Assembly (NCBI GenBank): GCA_963801355.1
Contig: CAWDEM010000008.1
Coordinates: forward strand, 1,440,001 to 1,504,000
Reading direction: 5' to 3'
Origin: Ignavibacteriota bacterium
Lineage (GTDB): Bacteria > Bacteroidota > Ignavibacteria > UBA10030 > UBA6906
DNA: 64,000 nt
Position 1 is the stretch's first letter. The number at the start of each line of letters is the position of its first letter. Both the position numbers and the translations under genes were made by a program. The notes beneath the pieces were generated by a model, which did no database searches, had not been told where the DNA came from, and worked only from the letters and a program-made list of their open reading frames with translations. Of this stretch, positions 31,987-43,461 are shown piece after piece.

Positions 31987-33918
31987 TCAATAGTTCGGTG
32001 AAGTGTACAATTCCTTGTAGTCCTCCCAATGCGCATTCATTACATCTATTTTCCTTTTTAGTTGTGATGTCAAATCCGGTCCCAACATTCTTATTGTTTC
32101 ATACTTGGGCAGAATAGCTTTTTGAATCAAGGGAATTCGTGAAGACTCGAGAATTTCTTTTAAGTTGGCAGTATTGTCAATTTCATTTCGTGCAATACGC
32201 ATGATTTCCTGACGATCCCACGATGGACCTGTACCCAATACCGGGTTGGGCTCAGGACTAACATTTCTATTATGCGCAACATCCAATAATGCCTGATAGC
32301 CCACAACATTATCAATAGTTCTCACAAGACTGTGAAGAACAGCTAAACGGTTTTTGAGGGCCTCCCATTGTTTAGCGGCTTCAGTATTCGTCTTCTGTCT
32401 CAACAACGCATTTATCCGCTGTTCCGCCTTCTCTAATTTCTGAACGACCATTTCATAAACCCGCTGAACAAGAAGTCTTGCACCATACCCTTCAAACATT
32501 CTCATTGCTTGAATGTCAATCAAATCATTCGCTTGTTCTTCTCCTTTTGCCTGAAAAATGAATGGACGGTAATAATCCTTTTCATTATCAGCTAAGTTTT
32601 CCGGAATCGGTACCAGAGGACGATTGATCCAACGAGCCATGACAGGACCAAACGTAAGGACAGGCCCAAAATCTAAGACCTGTAGATCATTCGAGATATC
32701 ATCAAGAGCTAACCATATATCCAACAAATCATCTGCCCCCTCCTTGCCAGCCAGGGTCTTCGCAAACTCTCGCAATACCTGCATTGATTCAACTGCATTG
32801 TGTGGTTTTGCCTGCGCAAAAAAATGATACAACTCTAAATTGAGATCTGCTGTGGATGGATCTTCGTAAGAAACCAACAACTTGGAACCAGCGGGTTTCT
32901 CTTCGTGAAACCTCCCCACAAGTTGCTTTGCTCTCAACACCGGATTGGGTAGTCCTAATACCGGCAAAAAACCTTCCTTCCCCCAACTCGAAATGCCTCT
33001 GTCAAATTGTTGCCCCTCTGCATTCTTATGATTGCCAATGGTTAATCCATCCGATAATCGGGCAGAAATAAGCTCGGGATGATCAAACGTTTCAATCATC
33101 CACTGCCTTGGAACAATTGGATGAATATTCACCTCTATATGTTTCCCTACTTTTCTGGCTGCATCTCGTAGAGTTTCCAGAAATCCCACCACTCTTTCGG
33201 TCATCGGACGCTTCTGGCAATTTGCATTTCCGTTTTGTCCTGAATACAAAGCAGGTGACCAACAAAAGCCAGAACCCGAATCGGATGTAAGAAACGAAAG
33301 AATCTCAATTTCGGGACAGCGAGCTAACAAGAGCTGCATTGATTCTTTGTACATCGCCAATACTTCAGGCTCATCAACACAGGGGGCGAAGCGTGCAACC
33401 CTGGATCGATTTGGATGATCTACCCGCGCCCCTCGAAGTTCGGGGTGATCTGTAAAAAAAGGCTCAGGCAATACATAAGGTTCATTTGCAAAATAGGCTC
33501 CTTTCATTCCATGCTTGCGAAGAACCTCACAACGTGCCTGAAAGAGTGAAGCCACTTTTTCTGCATAGTCCAAATCAACGTATGGCTGCAATTCCCGAGG
33601 CGGAAAAATCTTCATCAGTCCTGGACGATAAGTATACCACACCGGATAGGGGTCTCCGGGTGTGTCAAACTGCCAGAGCGCAGGAGGAGTGTCAAAAGTG
33701 ATATCGACATGGGTTGCGCCAATTTCCTTCGCTCTGATCACATAAGCTTCAAAACGTTTTAGCTCTTCACTAACATAAGTTGATTCCAGACCCTTGGCGT
33801 TGATATTCGGATCTACCTTTTTCCCTTTTGCATTTTGAGCCTGAGCACTAAATGTTATGACAGATAAAGCTGTCAATAACAGAACCAGGGCTACCTTGGT
33901 ACTTGTTTTCTTTTTCAT
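31987..33918 (-). CDS. Secreted 643-aa hypothetical protein inside the pectin locus
   Basis: Signal peptide; long ORF co-oriented with CAZyme genes; no family motif recognised. Confidence 0.8.
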   Translation of the reverse strand: MKKKTSTKVALVLLLTALSVITFSAQAQNAKGKKVDPNINAKGLESTYVSEELKRFEAYVIRAKEIGATHVDITFDTPPALWQFDTPGDPYPVWYTYRPGLMKIFPPRELQPYVDLDYAEKVASLFQARCEVLRKHGMKGAYFANEPYVLPEPFFTDHPELRGARVDHPNRSRVARFAPCVDEPEVLAMYKESMQLLLARCPEIEILSFLTSDSGSGFCWSPALYSGQNGNANCQKRPMTERVVGFLETLRDAARKVGKHIEVNIHPIVPRQWMIETFDHPELISARLSDGLTIGNHKNAEGQQFDRGISSWGKEGFLPVLGLPNPVLRAKQLVGRFHEEKPAGSKLLVSYEDPSTADLNLELYHFFAQAKPHNAVESMQVLREFAKTLAGKEGADDLLDIWLALDDISNDLQVLDFGPVLTFGPVMARWINRPLVPIPENLADNEKDYYRPFIFQAKGEEQANDLIDIQAMRMFEGYGARLLVQRVYEMVVQKLEKAEQRINALLRQKTNTEAAKQWEALKNRLAVLHSLVRTIDNVVGYQALLDVAHNRNVSPEPNPVLGTGPSWDRQEIMRIARNEIDNTANLKEILESSRIPLIQKAILPKYETIRMLGPDLTSQLKRKIDVMNAHWEDYKELYTSPNY

Positions 33919-33938
33919 AAGAATGATAGTTGGACTAC

Positions 33939-36675
33939 TTATTTTTGTTCAGAATTTGCATCCTGGATTCTCGGGTTGTCTTCAGGAAGTTCACTACCAA
34001 CCATCTGCAGTAGTTCAATGGCATTCAGACACCACTGGGCGGTGTTGTTGGTGGAAACCCCTTTCACTTCATAGACGGGCCGCAAACTTTCAATGCCATC
34101 AAATTTTTGCATATGGAAATCAGTATGGTAATATCTCGCTTTTGCGTTAAAAAACTGATCCCATGCTCTCTTTGCATAAGCCATGTCACCCGTTACCGTA
34201 GCATAGTATGCGGGAAGTCGGGCATACCATGACCCGGGTTCACCCAACGCAACGTCTCTCCCAAATTCCTTTTCAACTTCTTCTTTGGGAGATCCATAGA
34301 ATCTGCAGAACTGCAGCCAGAGTTTGTCCCATGTCTTGTTGTGAAGAAGACGGCTGCATTCAAAAACCACTTCAGGTCCGCCCATCAAAACAGACAAGTG
34401 TGATGCGCCAATGTCATTCTCATTCAGTTGATACACTTTGCAGGTTTTCGGATCGTATCCGAAGGCACCGCTTTTACCGGAGAAGAATCCATAGGGCATT
34501 TCACTAAAGCTGTTCACACCTGCCATAATCCTGTCACGGTACCGAGCATCGCCGGTACGTTCCCATTCGGTCATCCAGTTGCCTACCAGCGCCAACCAAT
34601 CAGGACCAACACGAATGTGCGTCGGGTATGTACTCTTGTTCAAGATTTGACGCAGCGGGTCAATCCTGCCTATTGCTTCATTCGAAGCATCCACAACCGC
34701 ATGCATTAAATCCCCAGTGCGTTCATCAGTAGTCAAATAATAATAGAAACGACCTAAGGCAGCTTGAGAAATACGTACTTCTTTCGCGCCATCTCCCCAA
34801 TGGATAACATTATGGCGCGAGCCCAATCCTGTAAAACGTCCCAGATGATAAACATCTACTTCACCGGTATGACGAGTCATCGCCTCAGCCATGCGGAAAA
34901 TATCCTCCCGACCCGTTCGCAAATAACTGTAACCACAACCACATATTGGGCATCAATTCGGTATTGTCCCAGGCAAAGCCGCCCATGTCGTATTTCCAGG
35001 TGTGCCTTTGGGGGTCGTAACTATGTTGTATGTCTCCATAATTCCAGAAACCGTACCAATGCCTTTGTTCCACTTCCAATTTACAGTATTTAATAGCCAT
35101 GTCGAGTTGATCTTCAATCCAGCGTTTTCCTTTTGTGCTGTGGTCAGGCAGGCTCCAAATGCCGAATACCGGGATACGGTGTATGTATTCAGGAGAAGCT
35201 GCAAGCAAAGGCGGTTGATATCCGAGCTGCGATATTTCATGCAGTGTGTTATAGGACGGCACCTTGGTCGAGGCATACAACAGTATTTCAGAAGTGCGTG
35301 CGATACCGGTTGCTGTGCTGAACCCCGGCTGTACATCTTCGTAACTGGCGATGAGATCATGACCCCAGGCAAGAGTATCGTAGCTTCGCATGTCCATTGC
35401 TTCTGCTTCCGGCGACCACAGCCAAGCTTTCAGCTGAGCGGTATCTTTTTTTACGTCTCGAATTTCCAACTCTGACGGAAATGATTGCCAGAAATTACGA
35501 ACGCATATCGCCAATCCCCCCGATACATCGCCTGCGAAAGCCATTCCTGTAGAACGTTCACCGTATCCAGCATCAATCCATGCGCTTGCATCGTTGGTCC
35601 TCTTTTGAACTCTAAATCCATCCGCATTCGATTGTTTCAGCTTGAAGTCGTTCCAGCTTGCCCAATGGTCAATCAGAAATTGTTGTCTCTTTGAAAGAGT
35701 TTCGAGTTCGGGAATACGCTCACCGGTAAGCTGTCTGGAATACAACTCTCCTTCATGATCAAGCAGAGACCTCCCGTTGAGCGGCTGGCAAGGTTCAGCC
35801 CACAGCCTACCGTTGTCTCCTGAAAAGCGAATGTGCCGGTTGTACAATTGTTCATTGAGGGGAACATTGAACACCAATCCCAAACCACGGATAAAGTCCT
35901 TCTGCTGATCGCCGTCATAAATAATCGTATGCACCATGCGAATAGATTGTTGTCCCGCGTAAAAATACATCCGGATAATGAACGGCAGCCAGCTCCGGCT
36001 GCCTGATTCCGACACATGCGTGCCTTCGATTCTCACCACTGCCCTGACCGGTCCGTCTTGCTCAACTGTGACTTTTCCGGTATTGCCAATAAACTCTTCT
36101 CCAGAAGGTTGGGCGCCATCTTCCCGGCTTGGTCCATTCTGAAGAAGACAAACCAACCTTCCGCCCGTGGAAATTTCCTTGCCACCCATCTTAATATGTC
36201 GAATGAGTTGCCTGCCACATTTGGGAATATCGCACTGCAAAACGCCGGCATTCACCACAACATCATTCTTGGTCTCAGTTACTTCGATCTTCGCGTGTGG
36301 CGGAGAGACTACGCCTGATTTTTCAGACTCCAATTCAAATGTGCTTCCGGCGTTAGTATCGACCACGGTACACAAGCCCACCCATTTTAGTGAACCGTCA
36401 GGCCAATACGCTAACGGCCATGATTGTACCGGCAGTGCCTGCCCCCGGGCATTTTTCAATGAAAACCCGGCTGGAGATTCAATCTTTCCTTCCGGCAGCG
36501 GCACTCCCCAACTCACTCCCATAGACAGCGACGGCGGATTTCCGCCAAGCCATGACAACTTGATCGGACCGATGTTCTGAGCGAAAACCGGAATCTGTGT
36601 AATACCGCAAACAACTAAGATCCAAACCAATGCTATCTGTTTCTTACTTTCTATATACTGAAAAGGTGAATACAT
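33939..36675 (-). pseudogene. PL26 (YetA/exo-rhamnogalacturonan lyase-like) gene split by one frameshift near 34931
   Basis: GVSWGVP, QSWPLAYWPDGSLKW, WYGFWNYGD, AWDNTEL in the first ORF; AEAMTRH, RHNVIHWG in the second; removing one T restores WLWYSYLRTGR. Confidence 0.8.
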
Positions 36676-36780
36676 TTGTTGCCTCTACCAGTAGATTTCT
36701 ATCGAACCGATTTAGTATCTCCTACAGCAAGAAACGATTCGTACACACTTGATTGTCATCGTATTCCCTTATAACCATTA

Positions 36781-36875
36781 GGCTTCTCTAAAAACAAAGT
36801 GAAGATGAAGGTTGCCTTCCACAAAGACCAAACCCTGGAGAAGGTAACCATCTACTTTAAGTTTTTGGAGAAGCC
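36781..36875. terminator. 95-nt imperfect stem-loop between PL9 and PL26
   Basis: GGCTTCTCTAAAAAC/GTTTTTGGAGAAGCC outer arms; inner AAAGT/ACTTT, AGATG/CATCT, GGTTGCCTTC/GAAGGTAACC. Confidence 0.65.
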
Positions 36876-38510
36876 CTAACGTAATAAGACAAATTGCCTA
36901 ACAATTGAAGTACCATCAACCGTTAGGTGGTAAAAATATACACCACTAGACAGACTGCTTCCGTCAAATTGAACTCTATATGTTCCTCCATTTTCTGTCT
37001 CGTTGACGAGTGTACTTTGTTTCTGAGCCAACAAATTATAGATCGATAATTGAACATGTGCAGAAAACGGGATTTCATAAACAATACTCGTCACCGGATT
37101 GAAAGGATTTGGATAATTCTGATGCAAGACAATGTTAGCAGGTGTGGTGTTTTCAAGTGCTATGACAAAGGTAGGGTAATCGGTTTCCAAGGCACCAATA
37201 TCCGGAGCCTTACCTCCGAAAGGAAATCCAATATCCACCCCTGCATCGATTAATTTGCTGCCGGTAGCTGGTTTCATAAAATCAATATCAGGCAGACTGC
37301 CATCAGGCTTTCGCAGCGCCATCAATTGGGATTCATCAAGACTAACAAAATCTTGATCGGTAATATTGAGGCCCAAATCAAAAGAGTTATGTGAAAGTGT
37401 ATTCTTTGAAGTATCTATATATGCGGTGTCAGAACTCCTTGCTTTATAACTTAGGTTGTTCTCTAGGACATGATTGTAACCGAATTCCCATATGCTGCTA
37501 TCTGCCAGCGGGCTCTCACGGTTAACCATGCTGAAGTTAATATCGTTCTTGTACGCCGTGTTGTTATACCAATAGTTACCATTCAAATGATGGTTGGAGT
37601 AGAACCCGTTTGATTTGTTTCCAACTGCTATGCAGAACGTGATTGTATTTCTCGGAACAGGATTTGGTATCTTACTAGCAGGATCATATGCATATCCACC
37701 TGCTTTGAATCCGTTCCCGTCACCCAATTTTTGAAAAGAAGTCGAATAGCCGTTATAGAATGACCAGCAGCTATCAAAAACGACTGCCGCACCTGACCGA
37801 ATGATATCATAACCATCATCACTATTGAACCAGGAACGGCACCCTCGAAAGACATTCCCCGCACCGCTGGATTTCGGATGGCAGCCGAAACCGTCCGTAT
37901 TGCTGCCAAGTTTGTCTTCAGAAACATTATCCCAGTTTCTATATGAATCACAATTCAAGAACAGATTGTAGCCTCCATCATAGTGTCGTAAGCCTGTCCC
38001 CACGTTGTCATGCATACTTATCTGCTCAAAGATGTTGTGATTCCCCTTGCTATAGATGCAGTAGGATTCCGTGTGCGTGGTTATGGTCACCTGCACACCG
38101 GTCATCTCCAATCCTTTGATGTGAATATAGCTACCTACCACATATATCCCTACTACTCTCTGGTTGGCCGGTTTTACTGCGGAGAAATCGAGAATAGGTC
38201 TTTCTCCAGGATACGCCCAATACTTGATCGTATGACCTTCTGTTCCACTCTTGTCCAAGTAGGTCACGCAGGCAAACAGACTCGACACCACATTTGATAT
38301 TTGGTCCTGCCGAACCCTGTAGATGCCGCCCCTTACATACACCGTGTCGTCAGGTCTCGCCACCTCCTGTGCTTTTTGCATTGATTCAAGTGGCTGCTCA
38401 ATTGTCCCGGGATTTGAATCGTTTCCATCAGGAGCAACATAAATCTGTGAAAGAGCAGAAGCACTTGAAATCATGAAAAGAGCGAGAGCATAGACGCTTG
38501 GTCGTATCAT
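36876..38510 (-). CDS. PL9 rhamnogalacturonan/pectate lyase with T9SS C-terminal domain
   Basis: YVAPDGND, NTDGFGCH, CRSWFNSDDGYD, GDGNGFKAGG; LHQNYPNPFNP. Confidence 0.9.
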   Translation of the reverse strand: MIRPSVYALALFMISSASALSQIYVAPDGNDSNPGTIEQPLESMQKAQEVARPDDTVYVRGGIYRVRQDQISNVVSSLFACVTYLDKSGTEGHTIKYWAYPGERPILDFSAVKPANQRVVGIYVVGSYIHIKGLEMTGVQVTITTHTESYCIYSKGNHNIFEQISMHDNVGTGLRHYDGGYNLFLNCDSYRNWDNVSEDKLGSNTDGFGCHPKSSGAGNVFRGCRSWFNSDDGYDIIRSGAAVVFDSCWSFYNGYSTSFQKLGDGNGFKAGGYAYDPASKIPNPVPRNTITFCIAVGNKSNGFYSNHHLNGNYWYNNTAYKNDINFSMVNRESPLADSSIWEFGYNHVLENNLSYKARSSDTAYIDTSKNTLSHNSFDLGLNITDQDFVSLDESQLMALRKPDGSLPDIDFMKPATGSKLIDAGVDIGFPFGGKAPDIGALETDYPTFVIALENTTPANIVLHQNYPNPFNPVTSIVYEIPFSAHVQLSIYNLLAQKQSTLVNETENGGTYRVQFDGSSLSSGVYFYHLTVDGTSIVRQFVLLR

Positions 38511-38554
38511 GTTGGGTCTGTGGATGCTGGGTGTGCTCTTGATGATGCTATCAG

Positions 38555-38620
38555 CCGGTTTCTTTCTCTTGGATCGGGGTTGAGAGTAATCACTCTCAAC
38601 CCCTTTTCCAAGAAAACCGG
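38555..38620. terminator. Strong stem-loop after the T9SS partner gene
   Basis: GGGGTTGAGAGT-AATC-ACTCTCAACCCC perfect 12-bp stem, extended by CTTGGA/TCCAAG and CCGGTTT/AAACCGG. Confidence 0.75.
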
Positions 38621-38634
38621 GAGAACAAATGTGG

Positions 38635-40341
38635 TTACTTGAGGAGCGTCATCTTCTTGAATTCAACAAAACTCCGTCCGCTCGTCCCAGTGGCGCGAAT
38701 ACTATAGAGATACACTCCACTACCCAGCTGAGAAGCATTGAAAATAGCTGAGTGAACTCCCGCTGCCAGATTTCTGTCACTCATTTCAAATACTTTTTGG
38801 CCCAGGATGTTGAATACACTCAAAGTCACTTTTGATTGTTCAGGCAATCCGAATTCGATTGTTGTACTCGGATTGAACGGATTCGGATAGTTGTTGCTCA
38901 GATAGTATTGCCCCGGAACATTTGAACTATTGGATTCAACATCGGTGATGTTTTTCGACGTAATCAACGCCGATGCACTGTCACCCGGAACATAGAGATA
39001 CTTCGCGTTCAACATTGAATCCCTTAGTGCGGCAATATACTGAGTTCTATTGGCCAGGTATATTGCTTTCTTCGCGGGGAACCAGTTCAAGTCGCCGAGC
39101 GGTAACTTGTCTGTACCGGCTGTCAGCAATGTATCATTCGTATAGGTCAGGTTGAATGGCGGCGGCCAATGGAGAACCGGGTTGCCGCCGGTATAGGTGA
39201 TAGGCGGCGTAACACGCCAGTTCGGTGCATTTGTCGGTAGTGCCGGACCCCTGAAGCCCGCAACCCATGCCAGCATACTATCGATGTTATCCGGAGGAGT
39301 GACGAACTTCGGGTCAAATTGCCAGTAGTTCTTGCCGATTTTGAAGTCGTTATCCGCAATGATCGTGGAATCGACGCCTCTGTTCCACAAGAGACATTGA
39401 TAGACGGAATCGCCCATATTGTTCTTCCAGAAATTCGTGAACCGGGGATCCAGGTAGAAGAGGTTGAATCCGTTATAGAGTGAAATGGAATCGAGCCTGC
39501 CCGATACAAGGTAATGGTACTCCCATGTGGTAAAGTAGGTTTCATACCCGTTCGTATTAGCCTTGCGCCCCGTCCAGCACCAATTGTAATAGATGTTATT
39601 TGCCTCCAGGCCAGAGTACCAATGAACTTCATGGCCGGTTGTCTGCATGTTAAGGTATGTATAATGTAATTCTATCATGTTGGATGTGAATTTCTCACCA
39701 CCATTCCCGAACTCTCTGGCCATATTCACAGAGGTGTTGTTCTCCAGCAGTATATCAGGAACGGCTCCATCAAAACGGTGGGGCATGCCCCCGCTCTGGT
39801 TGAACCTGTTTCTAATACCATTGATAAAAATACAGTTGGTAACATGAATTTTCTTTGAAGCTCCGGTACCTTTGATTGCATGACTATCATGGTCGGTGAA
39901 GACGCAATTATCAGCAATAATCGAATCACCGGCCGCATTTTCGATTATTTGGATGAGATAATTTCCATCACCCATGGATCCACTAAACAGAACATTCTTT
40001 ACCGTTATGCTTCCGCCCGCCCTGAGATTGATGAAAGTTCTACCGGTAGTACCGGCGCCCGGTGCCTGCAGAAATACGGGCGGTGTTGCTTGATTGTAAA
40101 GCCAGGTATTGTCATTGCCTTGAATTACCAGGGGAAAATTAACAAACAGGGTCCCGTCAAAACCGTAGATCTGTCCGCTTTGTGCCACATACACTGTCTT
40201 CGCCGGATCATGCGTTCCATTTGCTAGAGTGTCACCGGCAATTTGAATATTGACGAACTTGGCTGGATCGAGTGTCGTTTGAGCCATGGTTACGCCAAAC
40301 CAGCCAACGCACACAGACAATATGAAGAGCAGTTTTCTCAT
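38635..40341 (-). CDS. T9SS-sorted beta-helix-like protein directly downstream of the TonB receptor
   Basis: AAGGAG RBS, signal peptide without lipobox, PLGDLNWFP motif, LSNNYPNPFNPST...KKMTLLK. Confidence 0.85.
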   Translation of the reverse strand: MRKLLFILSVCVGWFGVTMAQTTLDPAKFVNIQIAGDTLANGTHDPAKTVYVAQSGQIYGFDGTLFVNFPLVIQGNDNTWLYNQATPPVFLQAPGAGTTGRTFINLRAGGSITVKNVLFSGSMGDGNYLIQIIENAAGDSIIADNCVFTDHDSHAIKGTGASKKIHVTNCIFINGIRNRFNQSGGMPHRFDGAVPDILLENNTSVNMAREFGNGGEKFTSNMIELHYTYLNMQTTGHEVHWYSGLEANNIYYNWCWTGRKANTNGYETYFTTWEYHYLVSGRLDSISLYNGFNLFYLDPRFTNFWKNNMGDSVYQCLLWNRGVDSTIIADNDFKIGKNYWQFDPKFVTPPDNIDSMLAWVAGFRGPALPTNAPNWRVTPPITYTGGNPVLHWPPPFNLTYTNDTLLTAGTDKLPLGDLNWFPAKKAIYLANRTQYIAALRDSMLNAKYLYVPGDSASALITSKNITDVESNSSNVPGQYYLSNNYPNPFNPSTTIEFGLPEQSKVTLSVFNILGQKVFEMSDRNLAAGVHSAIFNASQLGSGVYLYSIRATGTSGRSFVEFKKMTLLK

Positions 40342-40467
40342 GATGATGCTCCTTGAGTTTTGTTGGATTGGTGTATTGTGGAATTGGTGAGGCTGCAATC
40401 AACCACGTTATTTCTGCGCTACGTCATCTTTCCCATGCTCACGTTTGGGCAAAAAGGATGACTGTCA

Positions 40468-43461
40468 TCAAAACGAATAACGAACTCCCAGATCTCCTGT
40501 CAGACCATAATATTGCACTTCAGACAGTCTTTCCAAAACACTTCTAAATTGACGGTCAGGTCTATCAGTAATATTGTTCACATTCATAAACAATTGAAGT
40601 CCTTCTAACCAGGGAAGTTTTTGATAAGCTGTGAAGTCCCATCTGTAATAGGCGTCCGTATATTGATCGAGTTCCTCTTGTCTTATATCTGCACTTCTCA
40701 GGACATTGTCCTGGTAGAGAAATGACAATCTGGCGGAGAAATCGCCGATATCATAACCCAATGTCAGGTTCAGGATATCATTTGGCTGATCGATCAACCT
40801 GCCGGTTCTGGTTGTATCCACCAGTTTGGATCCGAAGAGGCCGACTTTCACTGACTTTTGATATGGATAGTACGATTCAGAGTTTATGTGGGTATAATTG
40901 ACGTTCAACACCAGACCGCTTAAGAAGGAGGGGAGATACCAGAAGCGGGTCTGCCAGTCAAATTCAACGCCCCTGACATACGATGATTTTTCCAGATTGA
41001 TCCATGTACGGACTTCTGTATCAACACTATAGGCGAGCGGCATCCTGTAATGGATCTTTGAAGGGTCTCTGGTCAACAATGTCATAGGGACAATCAAGTT
41101 GTGTATTTCTTTATAAAAGAATCCGGCTGTGAACAACCCGATATCATTCTCGTGTACCGACAGGTACACATCGTAATTTTGAGTTATTGCGGGGCTGAGA
41201 TAGGGATTACCTAACTGCAAGGTTTGTGGAGTCGCTGCTGTGCTGAAATAGATGTACGGAGAGACGGCACGGTAGTCAGGATAGATTATGCTTCGCGTAG
41301 TGGCAAGACGAAGGTCCAGCCAATCCGTCGGTCTGACACGAATATGAAATTGCGGGAACCAGGTTCCCACTTTCGTGGAATCCCAGTGAATAGTCTTAAA
41401 GTCATATGCCTGGTAACCCAGTATGGTTTGCGTAGCTCTTTCGACCGTGGAATCCGCATCATAGATGTATTGATACCTTTCGTATCGTATCCCCGGCAGA
41501 AGCGTGATAAATGTGCCCAGATTTATTTCAGACATCACATAGAAAGCGCCGAAATGCCGGGTGAAGTCATAATCATATTGGGTGGATGCCTGCGCATTGA
41601 AGAAATAGTACGGATAGGATCGCCCGTCGACCGAACTCACAAAGTAGGTGTTCTTTGCCAATTCCTCCAAACGGCGGATTTTGGCAATGGAAAGCTTGTT
41701 GTAGAAAACATTGTTACTCACCCCTTCCTTGCCTGCAAGAAAATTGCCTATATCATAGTTCGGATCTCCAAACAGAGACGCATAGACAGCATTGTCATCG
41801 CCTATCCCGAGCTCCGGCCAAAGAGAAGTTTTCAAAAGAGGAATAAAGGTAGCTCCGGCGATGTCACTATTCAGACTCAGTCCCGATTGTGTTTCATCAT
41901 TTGATCTTGTGTTGCGGGTATATTTCCCGCCGAACTTGAGGGTACCCGCCAGGTACTCAGCAAAGTTGAAAGGCACATTAAGATCGATGACAGCCGATTG
42001 TGCGGTTTCATCAACATCCCGCTGCAGAGTGTACAATCTCTGCATGATTACAGTAGCTCCGCTGTTGACGTAATACGCGTTCAACAATTCGGTTGGAGTT
42101 ACTGACAAGTCGTCTTTCAGTGAGTCTCCCCACATATTCTGTCCGCCTGTCCTGGGGCCGATCTCCATCCTCAAATCGCCGGGATAGCGTTGCTTTGTAA
42201 TTGAATTGGAAAGTGAAACATTCATGTTGACACCGAAGAATTCAAATTCACCCTGAAGCGCATTACCGATTACCGTATTTGTAAACTCATTGTCCGCTGC
42301 GTAACCACTCCAGTTGTAGTTTGTCAGCGTCAGGCTGTTTTGCTGTACAATCTCATGATTGTTGATGCTGCTGATGAAGTTGTTCAGCATGAGCGAACCA
42401 AATGGTAACCGGTAATCCAGAACCAGGCTGCCGCCCGCTCTCTTTCTGTCGGTCACATTGTCACTTATATCGACATTGTTCAGGAACATCTTCAACAATC
42501 CGCCCTGTATTTCGGACTGTGCATTGGTAAAGTATGCGGCACTCATCCTATCGGAGCTTCTATTATATCTGTCCAGAGAACCTGACGCCTGGACGCCTAA
42601 CTCGTCGTCAAAAAACCGCGCACTGATCAGACCATTAGCTCTGTAATTGCCATAAGTTTTTGCCAATGATCCATACCCCCCTTGAATTGATAAACTACTA
42701 TGCAATTCCTCTTTGGCTTTACCTATTTTAAGGTCAATCGTCCCACCCACCGCATCTGCGTCCATATCCGCCGTGAGTGCTTTTCTCACTTCAATCCCGG
42801 AAAGGATATTCGGATCTATCATGTTCAGGTCCACACTACGATCGTCACGATCTGTAGATTGCATGCGTACCCCACTGACCATCATGATATTGTATTGCGG
42901 CGACATTCCACGGATAGTTACCTTCTGCCCTTCACCACCGCTTCTTATAAGTGATATTCCCGGTAAGCGTGCAATAGATTCTGCTGCATTAGCATCTGGA
43001 ATCTCACGAATGCGGTCAGCCGATACAACATTTGCAATTGTATTTGAAGCCAACTGCTGGTTAATCGCCTGCATTTGACCTTGAGCTTGGGCGGTGATAG
43101 TCACCGTCTCACCGGTTATAGCTGTCGGCTCCAAGTAAACATCTTGTTGAAGTATTTCGCCTTCCTTAATATCAATCTTGACTGCAGTCTTCTTGTAACC
43201 CACATACGAGACCGACAATGTTTGAGGACCCACAGGGACATAATGGATCACATAGTTTCCATACATGTCTGCAGAAGCACCTAAACTGGTCCCCAGTACA
43301 ACAATGTTGGCACCCGGCAATTCATCCTTTGTATCTCGATCGTATACTTTCCCTTTGACGTCGCCTGAATTTGCAGCCATGATTGACTGGGTAATAAACA
43401 ACAGGGCTGCGCAGCAACGAAAAACGGGTGTTCCGAGAAGCCTGCGACGAGAATAGAGCAT
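40468..43461 (-). CDS. TonB-dependent receptor (glycan importer)
   Basis: N-terminal LPGANI...SYVGY domain; plug PDANAAESIARLPGIS, KALTADMDADAVGG; terminal LGVRYSF. Confidence 0.93.
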   Translation of the reverse strand: MLYSRRRLLGTPVFRCCAALLFITQSIMAANSGDVKGKVYDRDTKDELPGANIVVLGTSLGASADMYGNYVIHYVPVGPQTLSVSYVGYKKTAVKIDIKEGEILQQDVYLEPTAITGETVTITAQAQGQMQAINQQLASNTIANVVSADRIREIPDANAAESIARLPGISLIRSGGEGQKVTIRGMSPQYNIMMVSGVRMQSTDRDDRSVDLNMIDPNILSGIEVRKALTADMDADAVGGTIDLKIGKAKEELHSSLSIQGGYGSLAKTYGNYRANGLISARFFDDELGVQASGSLDRYNRSSDRMSAAYFTNAQSEIQGGLLKMFLNNVDISDNVTDRKRAGGSLVLDYRLPFGSLMLNNFISSINNHEIVQQNSLTLTNYNWSGYAADNEFTNTVIGNALQGEFEFFGVNMNVSLSNSITKQRYPGDLRMEIGPRTGGQNMWGDSLKDDLSVTPTELLNAYYVNSGATVIMQRLYTLQRDVDETAQSAVIDLNVPFNFAEYLAGTLKFGGKYTRNTRSNDETQSGLSLNSDIAGATFIPLLKTSLWPELGIGDDNAVYASLFGDPNYDIGNFLAGKEGVSNNVFYNKLSIAKIRRLEELAKNTYFVSSVDGRSYPYYFFNAQASTQYDYDFTRHFGAFYVMSEINLGTFITLLPGIRYERYQYIYDADSTVERATQTILGYQAYDFKTIHWDSTKVGTWFPQFHIRVRPTDWLDLRLATTRSIIYPDYRAVSPYIYFSTAATPQTLQLGNPYLSPAITQNYDVYLSVHENDIGLFTAGFFYKEIHNLIVPMTLLTRDPSKIHYRMPLAYSVDTEVRTWINLEKSSYVRGVEFDWQTRFWYLPSFLSGLVLNVNYTHINSESYYPYQKSVKVGLFGSKLVDTTRTGRLIDQPNDILNLTLGYDIGDFSARLSFLYQDNVLRSADIRQEELDQYTDAYYRWDFTAYQKLPWLEGLQLFMNVNNITDRPDRQFRSVLERLSEVQYYGLTGDLGVRYSF

